NCBI GenBank assembly: GCA_964431235.1
Contig: CAYSJA010000030.1
Location: 1,774-65,773 of the forward strand
DNA: 64,000 nt
Source: an uncultured Gammaproteobacteria bacterium
GTDB taxonomy: Bacteria > Patescibacteriota > Patescibacteriia > Patescibacteriales > UBA12465
Reading direction: 5' to 3'
Translations under genes and position numbers: made by a program
Part shown: one piece after another, positions 9,369 to 19,615 of the stretch
Layout: each line of letters begins with the position of its first letter
How positions within the stretch are numbered: position 1 is the stretch's first letter
The notes under the pieces: generated by a model
Databases searched by the model: none
Told to the model about the DNA's origin: nothing
The model's input: the letters and a program-made list of their open reading frames with translations, nothing else

Positions 9369-10616
9369 CTATTTTAAAAATTTCATTCTCTTGGGTAAAT
9401 ACTGACGCAAAATTTTAGGAATCAGAACTGAGCCGTCGGCCTGCTGATTTTGCTCTAAAATAGCCGGCAACAAACGACTGGTAGCTAAACCAGATCCGTT
9501 TAAAGTATGAACAAATTCATTTTTTCCGATCTTTTCATTTTTATATCTTATCTGACCGCGCCTGGCTTGATAATCAAGCGCATTGGATACGCTACTTACT
9601 TCTTTATAAACATTCATACTTGGTATAAATACTTCCAAATCATAAGTTTTAGCCATAGCAAAACCGCAATCACCGGCCGCCAATTTAGAAACTTGGAAAT
9701 GCAAATCTAAACCCTCTAATAACTTTTTAGCATTATTGACTAGTTCTGCAAACATTTGCCAACTTTCTTCTGGTCGAGAAAAGATAAACATCTCTATTTT
9801 ATTAAATTGATGCCCCCTTATCATTCCTCTTTCTTCCTGGCGGTAACTACCAGCCTCACGTCTAAAGCAAGGTGAATAGGCAAAATACTTTTTAGGCAAA
9901 TCATTTTCTAACAAAGTTTCGTTACGATGATAATTCCCTAACATCATTTCACTGGTAGCATTGAGACATAAAGAATCTTGATTCCAAAATAAATCATTTT
10001 TAAATTTAGGTAAATGTCCAGAAATATAAGCTGATTTTTCTGTAAGTAAAAAAGGAGGAATTAAAAATTCATATCCGTTATTAACGTGAAAATCAATAAA
10101 ATAAGAAAGCAGCGCCCATTCTAACATAGCGCCGAAACCAGTATAGCACCAAAAACCGGTTCCGGACATTTTTACCCCTCTTTCATAATCTATCAAATTC
10201 AAGGAAGAAGCCAATTCCATATGATCTTTAGGAGTAAAAGAAAAATCTGGTTTTTTGCCATAAGTATAAATAACTTCATTATTTTCCTTGCCGCCAGCCA
10301 CTACGTCAAGTGCTGGCAAATTAGGTAATTCTGACATCTTTTCAGCTAATTCTCTATCGATACGAGATAATTCTTCCTCAAACTTTTTTATTTTTATCCC
10401 TAAAGATTTCATATTAGCGATGATATCCGGCATCGGCTTAATCTTAGAATTTTTATTTTTTTCCGCTTTTAATTCCTCAATTTTGGAAATAAATTCGCGC
10501 CGTTTATCGTCCAAAGCGATAATTCTTTCTAAATTTAAATTAGCCAGATCCATCCTTTTAAGCAGCCCTGCTTTTACTTCCTCCTTTTTATCTCTTATTA
10601 AATTGATATCTAACAT
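9369..10616 (-). CDS. serS: Serine--tRNA ligase
   Basis: MLDINLIR, ATSE, FRREAG, RGHQFNKIE, HTLNGSGLA. Confidence 0.97.
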   Translation of the reverse strand: MLDINLIRDKKEEVKAGLLKRMDLANLNLERIIALDDKRREFISKIEELKAEKNKNSKIKPMPDIIANMKSLGIKIKKFEEELSRIDRELAEKMSELPNLPALDVVAGGKENNEVIYTYGKKPDFSFTPKDHMELASSLNLIDYERGVKMSGTGFWCYTGFGAMLEWALLSYFIDFHVNNGYEFLIPPFLLTEKSAYISGHLPKFKNDLFWNQDSLCLNATSEMMLGNYHRNETLLENDLPKKYFAYSPCFRREAGSYRQEERGMIRGHQFNKIEMFIFSRPEESWQMFAELVNNAKKLLEGLDLHFQVSKLAAGDCGFAMAKTYDLEVFIPSMNVYKEVSSVSNALDYQARRGQIRYKNEKIGKNEFVHTLNGSGLATSRLLPAILEQNQQADGSVLIPKILRQYLPKRMKFLK

Positions 10617-10625
10617 ATTTTTATT

Positions 10626-12272
10626 TTAATTTATTACTTCGCCACCAAAAGTCTTGAGCAAATTATTCATTAATGAGTCGTCCTTATTTCTCTGAGCTTT
10701 ACTATTATCTAAATTATTAAATTCATCGTTGGGCTGATTTTTTATTCCTCTCACGGCTAAATTTTCATCAAGCTCTGTTTTTAAATTAATACCAATACCA
10801 AACACTTCAATTAGAGTATTTTCTATCAAATTTTTAATATTTTCATCCTTTACTCTATCTTGATGAAATTTATATTTAAATATTAATCGTAAACAGCCAG
10901 AATTAATTTCCTGAGGTTCACAATTCTGCAATACGAAAGACAGAGAATGATTATATTTTTTAATTTTCATTAAAAATTCAGGCCATTTTTCCATTATTTG
11001 ATTATGATCTAAATTTATATCAATTCTTTTGTTATTTTCAATTTTCAAAGGGGATACAGAATCTTTTTTAGAATCTTTAGAATTAACCGCGGCTGAATTT
11101 AAATTATTGTTAGGTAAAACTGATTCAATTTCATTTTTAGAAATTAATTCTTCCTTCCTTGCTTTTAAAACAGTACCTACTTCTTGAGAACATATTTCTA
11201 TAACTGCTAATTCTAAAGGTAATTGTAAAATTAACTGATTTTTATCATCATAGGATATTAACAAACGTTTTATATAAAATAGCAATTGATTAAGAGATAA
11301 AGAAGCTGATAATTCATTTATTTTTATTTCCAAAGCATCGCCTAAATTAAGTCCTAAACTATCAGATAATTGAGGATTGATCTTAAAAATAATCATCTTC
11401 CTAACCATAAAAATAATTTCACTAATAAAATTCTTGATACTAGCTCCAGAATCAGCTAACGAATTTACTAATGCTAAAGCTTTTACTGTATCTTTGCGGG
11501 GGAAATAAGATAAAAGTTCAATAACTTCGCTATTATTATAATGAGGCATAACTAATTCAGCCTGCTCCAAGCTTATCCTTTTATCCCCCAAAGAAAAAAT
11601 TTGTCCTAACAGGCTTTCCGCATCCCGCAAATGACCGTTACTACGCCTAGCCACCGCCTCTAAAATTTCAGTGTCTATTTCTTTCTTTTCTTGTTTTGCT
11701 ATTAATTTTAATTTAGTAACTATATCAAAAATGCTTATTTTTTTAAAATCAAAACGTTCACAACGGGAAACAATGGTATAAGGGACTTTATGGACTTCGG
11801 TAGTACATAATATAAATATAACATAAGGTGGCGGCTCTTCTATTATTTTTAAAAGAGCATTAAAAGCTGAAGGCGAAAGCATGTGAACTTCGTCAATAAT
11901 AAATATTTTATATTTAGCCCGACTTGGAACTAATCGAGAAAAAGAAATAATATTCTCTCTCACATTATCTACCCCAGTATTGGAAGCAGCGTCTATTTCA
12001 ATAACATCTAAATGGTTGCCAGCCGTAATATCTTGACAATTATTACACTTTCCGCAGGGCTCATAATCATTTTCCTGACGATTAAGACAATTAACTGATT
12101 TAGCTAAAACTCGGGCCATCGTAGTTTTACCCACTGCTCGGGGACCGCAAAAAAGAAAAGCCTGGGCTAGCTTACCGGTGCTTATCTCGTTTTGCAAGGT
12201 AATTTTAATATGTTTTTGCCCTAAAATTTCAGAGAAATTCTGCGGGCGATAATTGCGATATAAAGTAGACAT
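10626..12272 (-). CDS. dnaX: DNA polymerase III subunit gamma/tau
   Basis: LYRNYRP, GPRAVGKTT, EIDAASN, IIDEVHML, SRC. Confidence 0.97.
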   Translation of the reverse strand: MSTLYRNYRPQNFSEILGQKHIKITLQNEISTGKLAQAFLFCGPRAVGKTTMARVLAKSVNCLNRQENDYEPCGKCNNCQDITAGNHLDVIEIDAASNTGVDNVRENIISFSRLVPSRAKYKIFIIDEVHMLSPSAFNALLKIIEEPPPYVIFILCTTEVHKVPYTIVSRCERFDFKKISIFDIVTKLKLIAKQEKKEIDTEILEAVARRSNGHLRDAESLLGQIFSLGDKRISLEQAELVMPHYNNSEVIELLSYFPRKDTVKALALVNSLADSGASIKNFISEIIFMVRKMIIFKINPQLSDSLGLNLGDALEIKINELSASLSLNQLLFYIKRLLISYDDKNQLILQLPLELAVIEICSQEVGTVLKARKEELISKNEIESVLPNNNLNSAAVNSKDSKKDSVSPLKIENNKRIDINLDHNQIMEKWPEFLMKIKKYNHSLSFVLQNCEPQEINSGCLRLIFKYKFHQDRVKDENIKNLIENTLIEVFGIGINLKTELDENLAVRGIKNQPNDEFNNLDNSKAQRNKDDSLMNNLLKTFGGEVIN

Positions 12273-12275
12273 AAA

Positions 12276-14744
12276 TTATTTTGTTATTTGCGTCCGCCTA
12301 GTAATTTCAGCTTCCACTAGTCTGACACTTCGACCATATTTCAAACGAGAAAGAGAACGGATACGATCAGCTATCTCTTCCCTCTTTACTCCCATAAGAG
12401 GCCAAATGGTTCGTAAAGAGAAAGGGCGAGCAGCAGTATTATCTATTAAAAGTTTAATATAAGCAGTCCCTTTGTCAATGTTTATAAGATCATATTCATT
12501 AAAAACCGGACTAAATTCTTTTACTAGAAATTCAGCGTCTTCTGAACCGACTTTGAAATTTATAATTGTGCCAATATTACCAAAAACAGCGTCTTTTATT
12601 TCTGTATTATTATTTTTAACAAGCTGACCAATATACTGATGGGCAACAACCAGATTTAGAGCGTATTTTCTAGCTTCAGACAGTATCTGGCAAATGGAAT
12701 TGGTGGTGAAATTCTGAAATTCATCAATATAAAGATAAAAATCTTTCCTTTTTTTTGCCGGCAAATCAGTACGGGATAAAGCACCCATTAAAATTTTTCC
12801 TACTAAGATCATCCCTAAAAGATAAGCATTCATTTCCCCAACTGTTCCCTTGGGCAAATCAACCAATAAAATTTTCTGCTTATCCATAATTTCACGCAGA
12901 TTAAAAGCACTTTTTTGCTGCCCTATTATCGGCCGCATCATATCATTAGAAATAAAGGAAGTTAATTTAGAGGTAATATAAGGAACAATATTAGCTAAAG
13001 CCGCTTCACCACCAGCTTTTTCCGCTTCTTTAGTCCAAAAATCAACTACTGTTTTATTCTTACACCTTTCTAATTTTAAACGCCGAAAATTGACATCAGC
13101 TAAAACTTTAGGGATTTCCATTAAAGTAGAACCAGAAGCAGGATCCTCCATTACCAATAACATTGCGTTTCTCATATATTGTTCAAACATAGGCCCGCCG
13201 GTTGACTTTAAATCATAAAGTTTATCAAAAATTCCTATCATCTCATTAATAACAAAACTTTTTTGTTCTGGATAGCGCGAATCGTATTCTAATAAATTAA
13301 GCGCTAGCGGTCTTTCTAAATCAGCTGGTGAAAAAATAATTACATCTTCCGATCTTTCCGGCGGAATACGCTCTAAAATATCTTGGATTAAATCACCATG
13401 GGGATCCAAAACGCAAACCCCTTCACCATTTTGAATATCCTGAATTGCCATATTAGCTAAAAGTACAGATTTACCAACACCAGACTTACCAACTACATAG
13501 GTGTGGCGTCTTCTATCATCTCTTTTAATCTTAATTTCTTTTTTAAACCCGCGATAAAAATTATACCCTAAAATAATTCCCTCTTCCGGAGTTTCAGCTG
13601 GAGCCGGAGCTGATTTGGCTGTTAGCCATAAAATATTAGGAGTTTCCACACTTCGCAAAGGTAAATGGAAAATACTGGCTAATTCTTCGCTATTTAAAAG
13701 AAAACTATTCTTTTCCCGAAAATGGCGATAAATAAAATCTTTTATAATCTTATCTTGATTCTTTTTCTTAGCTCTGGAGAAAGAATTACCATAAGAAAAA
13801 TTATTATATTCAGAAAAAGCGCTGGCAATATTTTCTAAATGTCTATCGGCTTTTTCTTTGCTTTGAGAAAAACTAAGCACCCGTAAATTAACATCAAGAC
13901 CAGCTTTTAAATTTTTTTCTTCTATTTTTTTAAGCATCTCTTCTTCAATCGCGCTAAGGCGCCTTTCTGGCTTTGACTCTAAATTTTGACCTTTATTTTT
14001 TGTAGGTGGATTTATAAAAGAAAAGGCTTTATCTAAAATATTTGATTTCAAACCCTCAGAAACAGAATTCTTTTGCTGTATCTGAAACACTTTTTTTCTC
14101 ACTGCTCCATGCCAAGAACTCCTAGCACTGCGTACTAAATATTGTAAGGACAAACTCTCTCCTTTTTCCAATTTAGATAAAACATTGATTAAAGAATTCA
14201 TGGGATCGACTTCCATTTCTTGATAAGTTTTTAAAGGAAAAATAAAACTTTTACTAGTTTTTAAATAAGCGGCTGACACTTGACCCTGAACACCAAAAGA
14301 ATTATAGTCTTCTATTTCCTCAATTGAAGCGGCTGGATACTGAGCATGAATTTGTTGCTCTAAATAACGAAAACTTTCAGAAGCGCAAGCAAAATAAAAA
14401 ACAATTTTTTTAGAATCAGCCACTATTTCAAAAGAAACATGATCTTGACGTCCCAGCAACCAAGCTTTGAAACCGTGTTGAGCTTTTAATCCACCAATAG
14501 CCGCAAATATGGCTTCGCCTTTGGCTATTTCTTCTCTTAGCTCTTGGACAGAATTATTATTATTTTTATCTTCAGGTTTTTCTTTAGGAATACGGACAGA
14601 AAAGACATGGTGATTGAAATAACGGCGTCTAGAAAAAACTATCCTAAACAAACGTAAAATTATAAAAATAGCTATCACTACCGCTAAAACGGCAAACAAA
14701 TAAAGCCAAATAGTATTAAAATCTGTTATCTCAAAAGTCAACAT
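12276..14744 (-). CDS. Membrane-anchored VirD4/TraD/HerA-superfamily ATPase (type IV coupling protein-like)
   Basis: N-terminal TM helix; Walker A GKSGVGKS, LDPHGD, Walker B YIDEFQNF, EARKY..AHQY. Confidence 0.85.
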   Translation of the reverse strand: MLTFEITDFNTIWLYLFAVLAVVIAIFIILRLFRIVFSRRRYFNHHVFSVRIPKEKPEDKNNNNSVQELREEIAKGEAIFAAIGGLKAQHGFKAWLLGRQDHVSFEIVADSKKIVFYFACASESFRYLEQQIHAQYPAASIEEIEDYNSFGVQGQVSAAYLKTSKSFIFPLKTYQEMEVDPMNSLINVLSKLEKGESLSLQYLVRSARSSWHGAVRKKVFQIQQKNSVSEGLKSNILDKAFSFINPPTKNKGQNLESKPERRLSAIEEEMLKKIEEKNLKAGLDVNLRVLSFSQSKEKADRHLENIASAFSEYNNFSYGNSFSRAKKKNQDKIIKDFIYRHFREKNSFLLNSEELASIFHLPLRSVETPNILWLTAKSAPAPAETPEEGIILGYNFYRGFKKEIKIKRDDRRRHTYVVGKSGVGKSVLLANMAIQDIQNGEGVCVLDPHGDLIQDILERIPPERSEDVIIFSPADLERPLALNLLEYDSRYPEQKSFVINEMIGIFDKLYDLKSTGGPMFEQYMRNAMLLVMEDPASGSTLMEIPKVLADVNFRRLKLERCKNKTVVDFWTKEAEKAGGEAALANIVPYITSKLTSFISNDMMRPIIGQQKSAFNLREIMDKQKILLVDLPKGTVGEMNAYLLGMILVGKILMGALSRTDLPAKKRKDFYLYIDEFQNFTTNSICQILSEARKYALNLVVAHQYIGQLVKNNNTEIKDAVFGNIGTIINFKVGSEDAEFLVKEFSPVFNEYDLINIDKGTAYIKLLIDNTAARPFSLRTIWPLMGVKREEIADRIRSLSRLKYGRSVRLVEAEITRRTQITK

Positions 14745-14749
14745 AAACT

Positions 14750-15265
14750 CTATACTTTATCTTTTAAATTTATTATTTTATCAGCTTTTATTTTAGCTTC
14801 CTGTTCTAAAAAAAATTGGTTGATACCAGGAATTATCTTCAGCCATTTTTTTATCAAATTTATTATTTTACCAATCTTTATCTTAGTTTTATCTAATAAT
14901 GAATTTATTTTTTCTACAGTTTCTTCACCAGCCAATTTGAATTCTTGCTGTTTTTTCGGATTAAGCTTTAAAAAAATTTCATGTAAACCTTCGGCTAAAA
15001 TCTTATCTATTTCTTGAGATCGGCGTTTATGAAAACTAAGAGCTTGTCCAGAAATAGTATTTATTTCTGCTTCTTCTCTAATTTTAACTTCTGTTTTATC
15101 AGCCTTTTTTCTAGTATCTAAACTTTCTTCCCTTTTTTCACTGCGCGCTTCTAAATTTTCCGGCGTAATAATATTTTCCTGATTCTCTTCGGATATTTTA
15201 AAATTCTCCGGATTTATTTTTAAATTCTCCGGATTGTTTTTTTTAGATTCACTGGCTATAGCCAT
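14750..15265 (-). CDS. Hypothetical protein (charged N-terminus, helical C-terminus)
   Basis: 171-aa ORF ending 5 nt before the ATPase start; C-terminal IPGINQFFLEQEAKIK. Confidence 0.75.
   Translation of the reverse strand: MAIASESKKNNPENLKINPENFKISEENQENIITPENLEARSEKREESLDTRKKADKTEVKIREEAEINTISGQALSFHKRRSQEIDKILAEGLHEIFLKLNPKKQQEFKLAGEETVEKINSLLDKTKIKIGKIINLIKKWLKIIPGINQFFLEQEAKIKADKIINLKDKV
15195..15236. repeat. 21-bp tandem duplication encoding NPENLKI/NPENFKI
   Basis: AAATTCTCCGGATT occurs twice at 21-nt spacing. Confidence 0.7.
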
Positions 15266-15285
15266 ATTATTATATTTATCTATTT

Positions 15286-15459
15286 TTACTCTAAACTAAT
15301 AGCTTGAACTGGACAATTTTGCTCAGCATTTTTAGCACAGTCAGTTATCTTTGGATTAATAACTTCTGATTTATTAACAGCGTTCATTTGAAAAGTCTCT
15401 GGGCATATGCTAGCACAAAGACCACAGCCAATACATTTGTTTTTATCTACTTTTACTAT
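15286..15459 (-). CDS. Small monocluster ferredoxin (57 aa; apparent ATA start; not in ORF track)
   Basis: Manual translation IVKVDKNKCIGCGLCASICPETF...NCPVQAISLE*; CxxCxxC...CP motif. Confidence 0.85.
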   Translation of the reverse strand: MVKVDKNKCIGCGLCASICPETFQMNAVNKSEVINPKITDCAKNAEQNCPVQAISLE

Positions 15460-15597
15460 AAAATTGTATAATTATTTTTTAATTATTTTATACTTTTATT
15501 ATAACACAATTTGAAAAAAATAAAACTGCTCTTAATAGCTTTTTATTGGCTAAAAAAAGAATAATTTTTTTATCTTCATACCTAAAATTATGGGTAT

Positions 15598-15626
15598 TTG
15601 ACAATTTGTTAAGCTTTTGTTATATT
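15598..15626 (+). promoter_or_regulatory. Sigma70-type promoter of rpmA
   Basis: TTGACA-17 bp-TATATT. Confidence 0.7.
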
Positions 15627-15697
15627 TATTAAATAAAAGATAAAATAAATTTTAAAATACAAGCTAAAATAGCTAGTATTTTTTAGATAAAATCTAT

Positions 15698-15994
15698 ATG
15701 GCACATAAGAAAGCCGGTGGTTCTACTGCTCTTGGCCGCGATTCAAAAGGTAGACGTCTCGGCATAAAACTAACAGATGGAGAATGGGCTAAGGCCGGCT
15801 CCATTATTATCAGACAACGCGGAACCAAATATCATCCTGGATTAAATGTTAAAAAAGGGAAAGATGACACTTTGTTTGCAACAATTAGTGGATTTGTTAA
15901 ATTTAGTACCAAGAAACTGAAAAAATTTAATAATACCCTAAAAAGCAATAAAATCGTCAATATCATACCAAAAAAGATAACCATTAAAAAATAA
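15698..15994 (+). CDS. rpmA: 50S ribosomal protein L27
   Basis: [29 protein letters not shown]. Confidence 0.98.
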   Translation: MAHKKAGGSTALGRDSKGRRLGIKLTDGEWAKAGSIIIRQRGTKYHPGLNVKKGKDDTLFATISGFVKFSTKKLKKFNNTLKSNKIVNIIPKKITIKK

Positions 15995-16011
15995 TCAAGT
16001 ATAAAAATTTT

Positions 16012-16045
16012 AATAAAATAGCCTGATGAAGGCTATTTTATTTTT
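16012..16045. terminator. Bidirectional terminator between convergent rpmA and pyrG
   Basis: AATAAAATAGCCT-GATGA-AGGCTATTTTATT inverted repeat. Confidence 0.75.
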
Positions 16046-16063
16046 AATGTTATTATTAGGTTA

Positions 16064-17755
16064 TTATTTTAAATTTTTCTTAGCAACTCTTATAAACTCC
16101 ACAAATAAAGGATGGGGGGATAAAGGACGAGAAATATACTCTGGATGAAATTGAACCCCGATAAAAAAAGGATGATTGGAAAGCTCAATCGCCTCAACTA
16201 TTTTTCCATCCGGTGATGTACCAGAAATTACAAGACCCAATTTCTTAAACTCATCTTTATAATTATTATTAAATTCATAACGATGGCGATGTCTTTCTAA
16301 AACTGTTTTATCAGAGTTAAATTTAGCATAAGATGCGGCTAATCTGGTACCGGGGTGTAAATAACAAGGCCAAGCTCCTAAACGAATAGTCCCGCCATAA
16401 CCCTTTTCTTTTATTAATTCATCCTGACCAGGCATAATGTGAATAACTGGGTTAGTGGCTTTGGAATTAATTTCAGCTGAATTAACATCTTTTAAACCAG
16501 CTACATGGCGGGCAAATTCTATTACTGCCATTTGCATACCATAACAAAGACCAAAATAAGGAATTTTATTTTCCCGACAATATTTAATTGCCTTTATCTT
16601 TCCTTCTGAACCCCGTTTTCCCCAGCCCTGAGGAATAATAATCCCATCTAAAGTTTTAAAAACTTTGTTTCCCTTTTTCTCAACGTCTTCTGCTCCCAGC
16701 CAATGTATTTTAGTCTGACAATGATTATAGGCAGAAGCATGCTTTACTGCCTCAATTACAGAAATGTAAGAATCTGCTAATTCAAAATCACCACTGGCGA
16801 AATATTTTCCTACTATGCCAATATTTATTTCCGGACTTTTTACCTTAATCGCTTGGGTCATTTTACGCCAACTATCATTATTTATCTTTTTATCCGGCAA
16901 ATTAAATTTTTCTAAAATACGACTACCTAAATTATTTTTTTCAAAACTTAAAGGAATATCGTAAATAGAATCAACATCAGGAGCGGAAATTACATTATTA
17001 GCGGGTACATTACAATTTATTGATAATTTTTCTATTCTAGTAGAATCAATCGGCTTTTCGCTTCTGGCTACTAAAAAATCTGGTTGAATTCCAGCGCCCT
17101 GTAAATTCCTAACCGCATGCTGAGTCGGTTTAGTTTTCATTTCTCCAATTTTCTTAGGAATAGGAAGATATGAAACCATAACAAATAAAACATTTTTAGG
17201 TTCATAAAGCTTCATGACACGAGCCGCTTCTAAAAACAATAGATTCTCATATTCTCCCACGGTACCGCCAATTTCAATAATCATTATCTCTGCCTTGGTT
17301 TTACTTACTGCTTTCTCTATTCTGTCTCTTACTTCCATTGGAATATGAGGCACTACTTGTACACATTTCCCCTTATATTCTAAATTACGCTCTCGGAGAA
17401 TAACTGACTGATAGATGCGCCCGGTAGTCATATAATTTTCCCGATAAATATTTTTGTTTAAAAAACGCTCATAATTACCAATATCTTGATCAGTTTCATC
17501 ACCATCCTCAGTAACAAAGACTTCACCGTGTTCAATCGGATTCATAGTACCGGCATCAACATTAATATATGGATCTATTTTAATAATACTGATATTATAG
17601 CCTCTAGCCTGTAAAATTTGACCAATAGAAGCGGTAGTCACTCCCTTACCTACTCCTGACATTACACCACCAACTACAAAAATATATTTAGTTTCATTGC
17701 TTATTTTCTTGACTTGTTGAGATTTTTTAGTTTTAACAATCATACTATTTGACAT
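16064..17755 (-). CDS. pyrG: CTP synthase
   Basis: GGVMSGVGKG, KIDPYINVDAGTM, KTKPTQ, GLCYGMQ, QFHPE. Confidence 0.97.
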   Translation of the reverse strand: MSNSMIVKTKKSQQVKKISNETKYIFVVGGVMSGVGKGVTTASIGQILQARGYNISIIKIDPYINVDAGTMNPIEHGEVFVTEDGDETDQDIGNYERFLNKNIYRENYMTTGRIYQSVILRERNLEYKGKCVQVVPHIPMEVRDRIEKAVSKTKAEIMIIEIGGTVGEYENLLFLEAARVMKLYEPKNVLFVMVSYLPIPKKIGEMKTKPTQHAVRNLQGAGIQPDFLVARSEKPIDSTRIEKLSINCNVPANNVISAPDVDSIYDIPLSFEKNNLGSRILEKFNLPDKKINNDSWRKMTQAIKVKSPEINIGIVGKYFASGDFELADSYISVIEAVKHASAYNHCQTKIHWLGAEDVEKKGNKVFKTLDGIIIPQGWGKRGSEGKIKAIKYCRENKIPYFGLCYGMQMAVIEFARHVAGLKDVNSAEINSKATNPVIHIMPGQDELIKEKGYGGTIRLGAWPCYLHPGTRLAASYAKFNSDKTVLERHRHRYEFNNNYKDEFKKLGLVISGTSPDGKIVEAIELSNHPFFIGVQFHPEYISRPLSPHPLFVEFIRVAKKNLK

Positions 17756-17777
17756 TTTTATTATTTTAACACCTTTT

Positions 17778-19007
17778 TTATCTTTTTCTTTCCAAAATAA
17801 ACTCTACTGCCCCATCAAGTTGAGGATCACGATCATTATTAATGTCATCTTCGGTAAAATCAATCTCAATCTGCGGAGCGATACCTTTATCATGTATATA
17901 ATCTCCTTCCGGCGTCAACCATTTAGCAATAGTAATTTTTAAAGATGAACCATCACTCAAATCTTTAACAGCTTGTACTGATCCTTTACCAAAACTCTGT
18001 TTGCCTAAAATAGTAGCTTTCCCATAGTCTCGTAAAGCGCCGGCTAATATTTCCGAGGCCGAAGCACTACCTTCATTTATTAAAACAGCTGTTGGAAAAC
18101 TACTTAGTCTGGCGCTGCCATTAGATGGATGTTCAGCTCGGCGATTTTCACCGAATTGTTCTGCCACTATGGGACCAGCTTCTATCCATTCACTGGCTAT
18201 ATAAACTGCTGTTTCTAAATAACCACCAGGATTATTACGCAAATCCAAAATTATTCCCTCAGGCTGCTTAAGCAGAATTTCCACCACTGTTTGATTAAAT
18301 AAACTTTGAGTATCATCATTAAAATTACTGATTTTGATATAATAAATATTATCTGCTAGCATTTCTGATTTGACACTAGCGACAAAAATCATATCTCTAA
18401 CAATGGTGATATCAAGCGGCTTGTTCTCACCTCTTATAATCGTCAAAGTAACCTCTGTCCCTTTTTCTCCCCTTATCCTTTTTACCGCTTCATTAACGGT
18501 CAATCCTAAAGCTGATTCACCATCAATAGCATAAATTTTATCTCCCGCTCTCAAGCCAGCTTTTTGAGCCGGCATACCATCTAAAGGGGCAATTACGGTT
18601 ACTATTTCGTTTCTCATTCCAATTTCTGCTCCTATACCTTCAAAAGTACCGGATAAATCTTCATAAAATTCTTTAGTTAATTCTGGATTCATAAATATAG
18701 TATAAGGATCGTTAGTAGCGCCGGTTAAACCTTCTAAAGAGCCATAAAAAAGATCTCGATCTTTAATTTTATTCTTGTCGACATGATTATCTTTTATACT
18801 GTTCCAAACTTCAAAGTACAAATTAAAATCAAAATAATCTTTATTATTATTCAAAGCTGTATTTTTAGCTTCTTCAGAATAAGCTAGACTGAAAACATTA
18901 TTATTAATTCCACCTAAATAGAAACCAAATAAAAAAATTCCTCCTACTAATACAGTGAATAATAAAAAGAGAATAAATTTATTAATCTTTTTCTTACTAA
19001 TATACAT
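17778..19007 (-). CDS. S41 family C-terminal processing protease (PDZ)
   Basis: FEGIGA, DLRNNPGG, SASASE, FGKGSVQ. Confidence 0.93.
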   Translation of the reverse strand: MYISKKKINKFILFLLFTVLVGGIFLFGFYLGGINNNVFSLAYSEEAKNTALNNNKDYFDFNLYFEVWNSIKDNHVDKNKIKDRDLFYGSLEGLTGATNDPYTIFMNPELTKEFYEDLSGTFEGIGAEIGMRNEIVTVIAPLDGMPAQKAGLRAGDKIYAIDGESALGLTVNEAVKRIRGEKGTEVTLTIIRGENKPLDITIVRDMIFVASVKSEMLADNIYYIKISNFNDDTQSLFNQTVVEILLKQPEGIILDLRNNPGGYLETAVYIASEWIEAGPIVAEQFGENRRAEHPSNGSARLSSFPTAVLINEGSASASEILAGALRDYGKATILGKQSFGKGSVQAVKDLSDGSSLKITIAKWLTPEGDYIHDKGIAPQIEIDFTEDDINNDRDPQLDGAVEFILERKR

Positions 19008-19018
19008 ATCTAAATTTG

Positions 19019-19612
19019 TTATCTAATTATTTTTACTTCTTTTTGACTCAAATCTAAAATACGTGAAGGCCTACGTCGATGACAAGAACCGTTATCAACT
19101 ACCAGGCTGGGCTTATCTTTTAAAAAAATTTGATTTAAATTCTTTAAGCTAATAAGAGGAACTCGTCCGCTAATATTCAAGCTGGTAGAAATAAGCGGCG
19201 CGTTTAATCTCTTTATTATTTTAATTAAAAAATTAGATTTAGGCAAACGCAAAGAAATAGTTCCTTGCGGACTAACAATATTGGGCAATAAACCAATTTT
19301 GGCCGGCATAATTACTGTAGTAGGCCGCCTTCCTTGCCAAATCGCTTTTATCTTCTCTTTTTTATCCTTATTAATAATGGCATAGCGGCAAGCCATGGAT
19401 AAGCTGCCTACTAAGATAATAAAGGGTTTATTTTTCCGCCTTTTTTTTAAAGAAAAAATCTTTTTCACTGCCTTTTTATTGCTTGCTAAACAACTTAATC
19501 CATAAATAGTATCTGTTGGCAAGATTGCTACCTTACCCTGTTTTAAACAGTCTAATATCTTTTTATAATCAGAAGCTGTTAAATCATTAATATTTTTTCG
19601 TAAATAAATCAT
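19019..19612 (-). CDS. tsaC: L-threonylcarbamoyladenylate synthase (TsaC/YrdC, no Sua5 C-domain)
   Basis: PTDTIYGL, KKR..NKP, STSLNISG. Confidence 0.9.
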   Translation of the reverse strand: MIYLRKNINDLTASDYKKILDCLKQGKVAILPTDTIYGLSCLASNKKAVKKIFSLKKRRKNKPFIILVGSLSMACRYAIINKDKKEKIKAIWQGRRPTTVIMPAKIGLLPNIVSPQGTISLRLPKSNFLIKIIKRLNAPLISTSLNISGRVPLISLKNLNQIFLKDKPSLVVDNGSCHRRRPSRILDLSQKEVKIIR

Positions 19613-19615
19613 TTG

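Noticed and set aside
11060-11075. AAAAAAG in dnaX as an E. coli-type -1 frameshift site
   Set aside because: It is read TCT AAA AAA GAT, not in the A AAA AAG phase, and A-runs are ubiquitous here.
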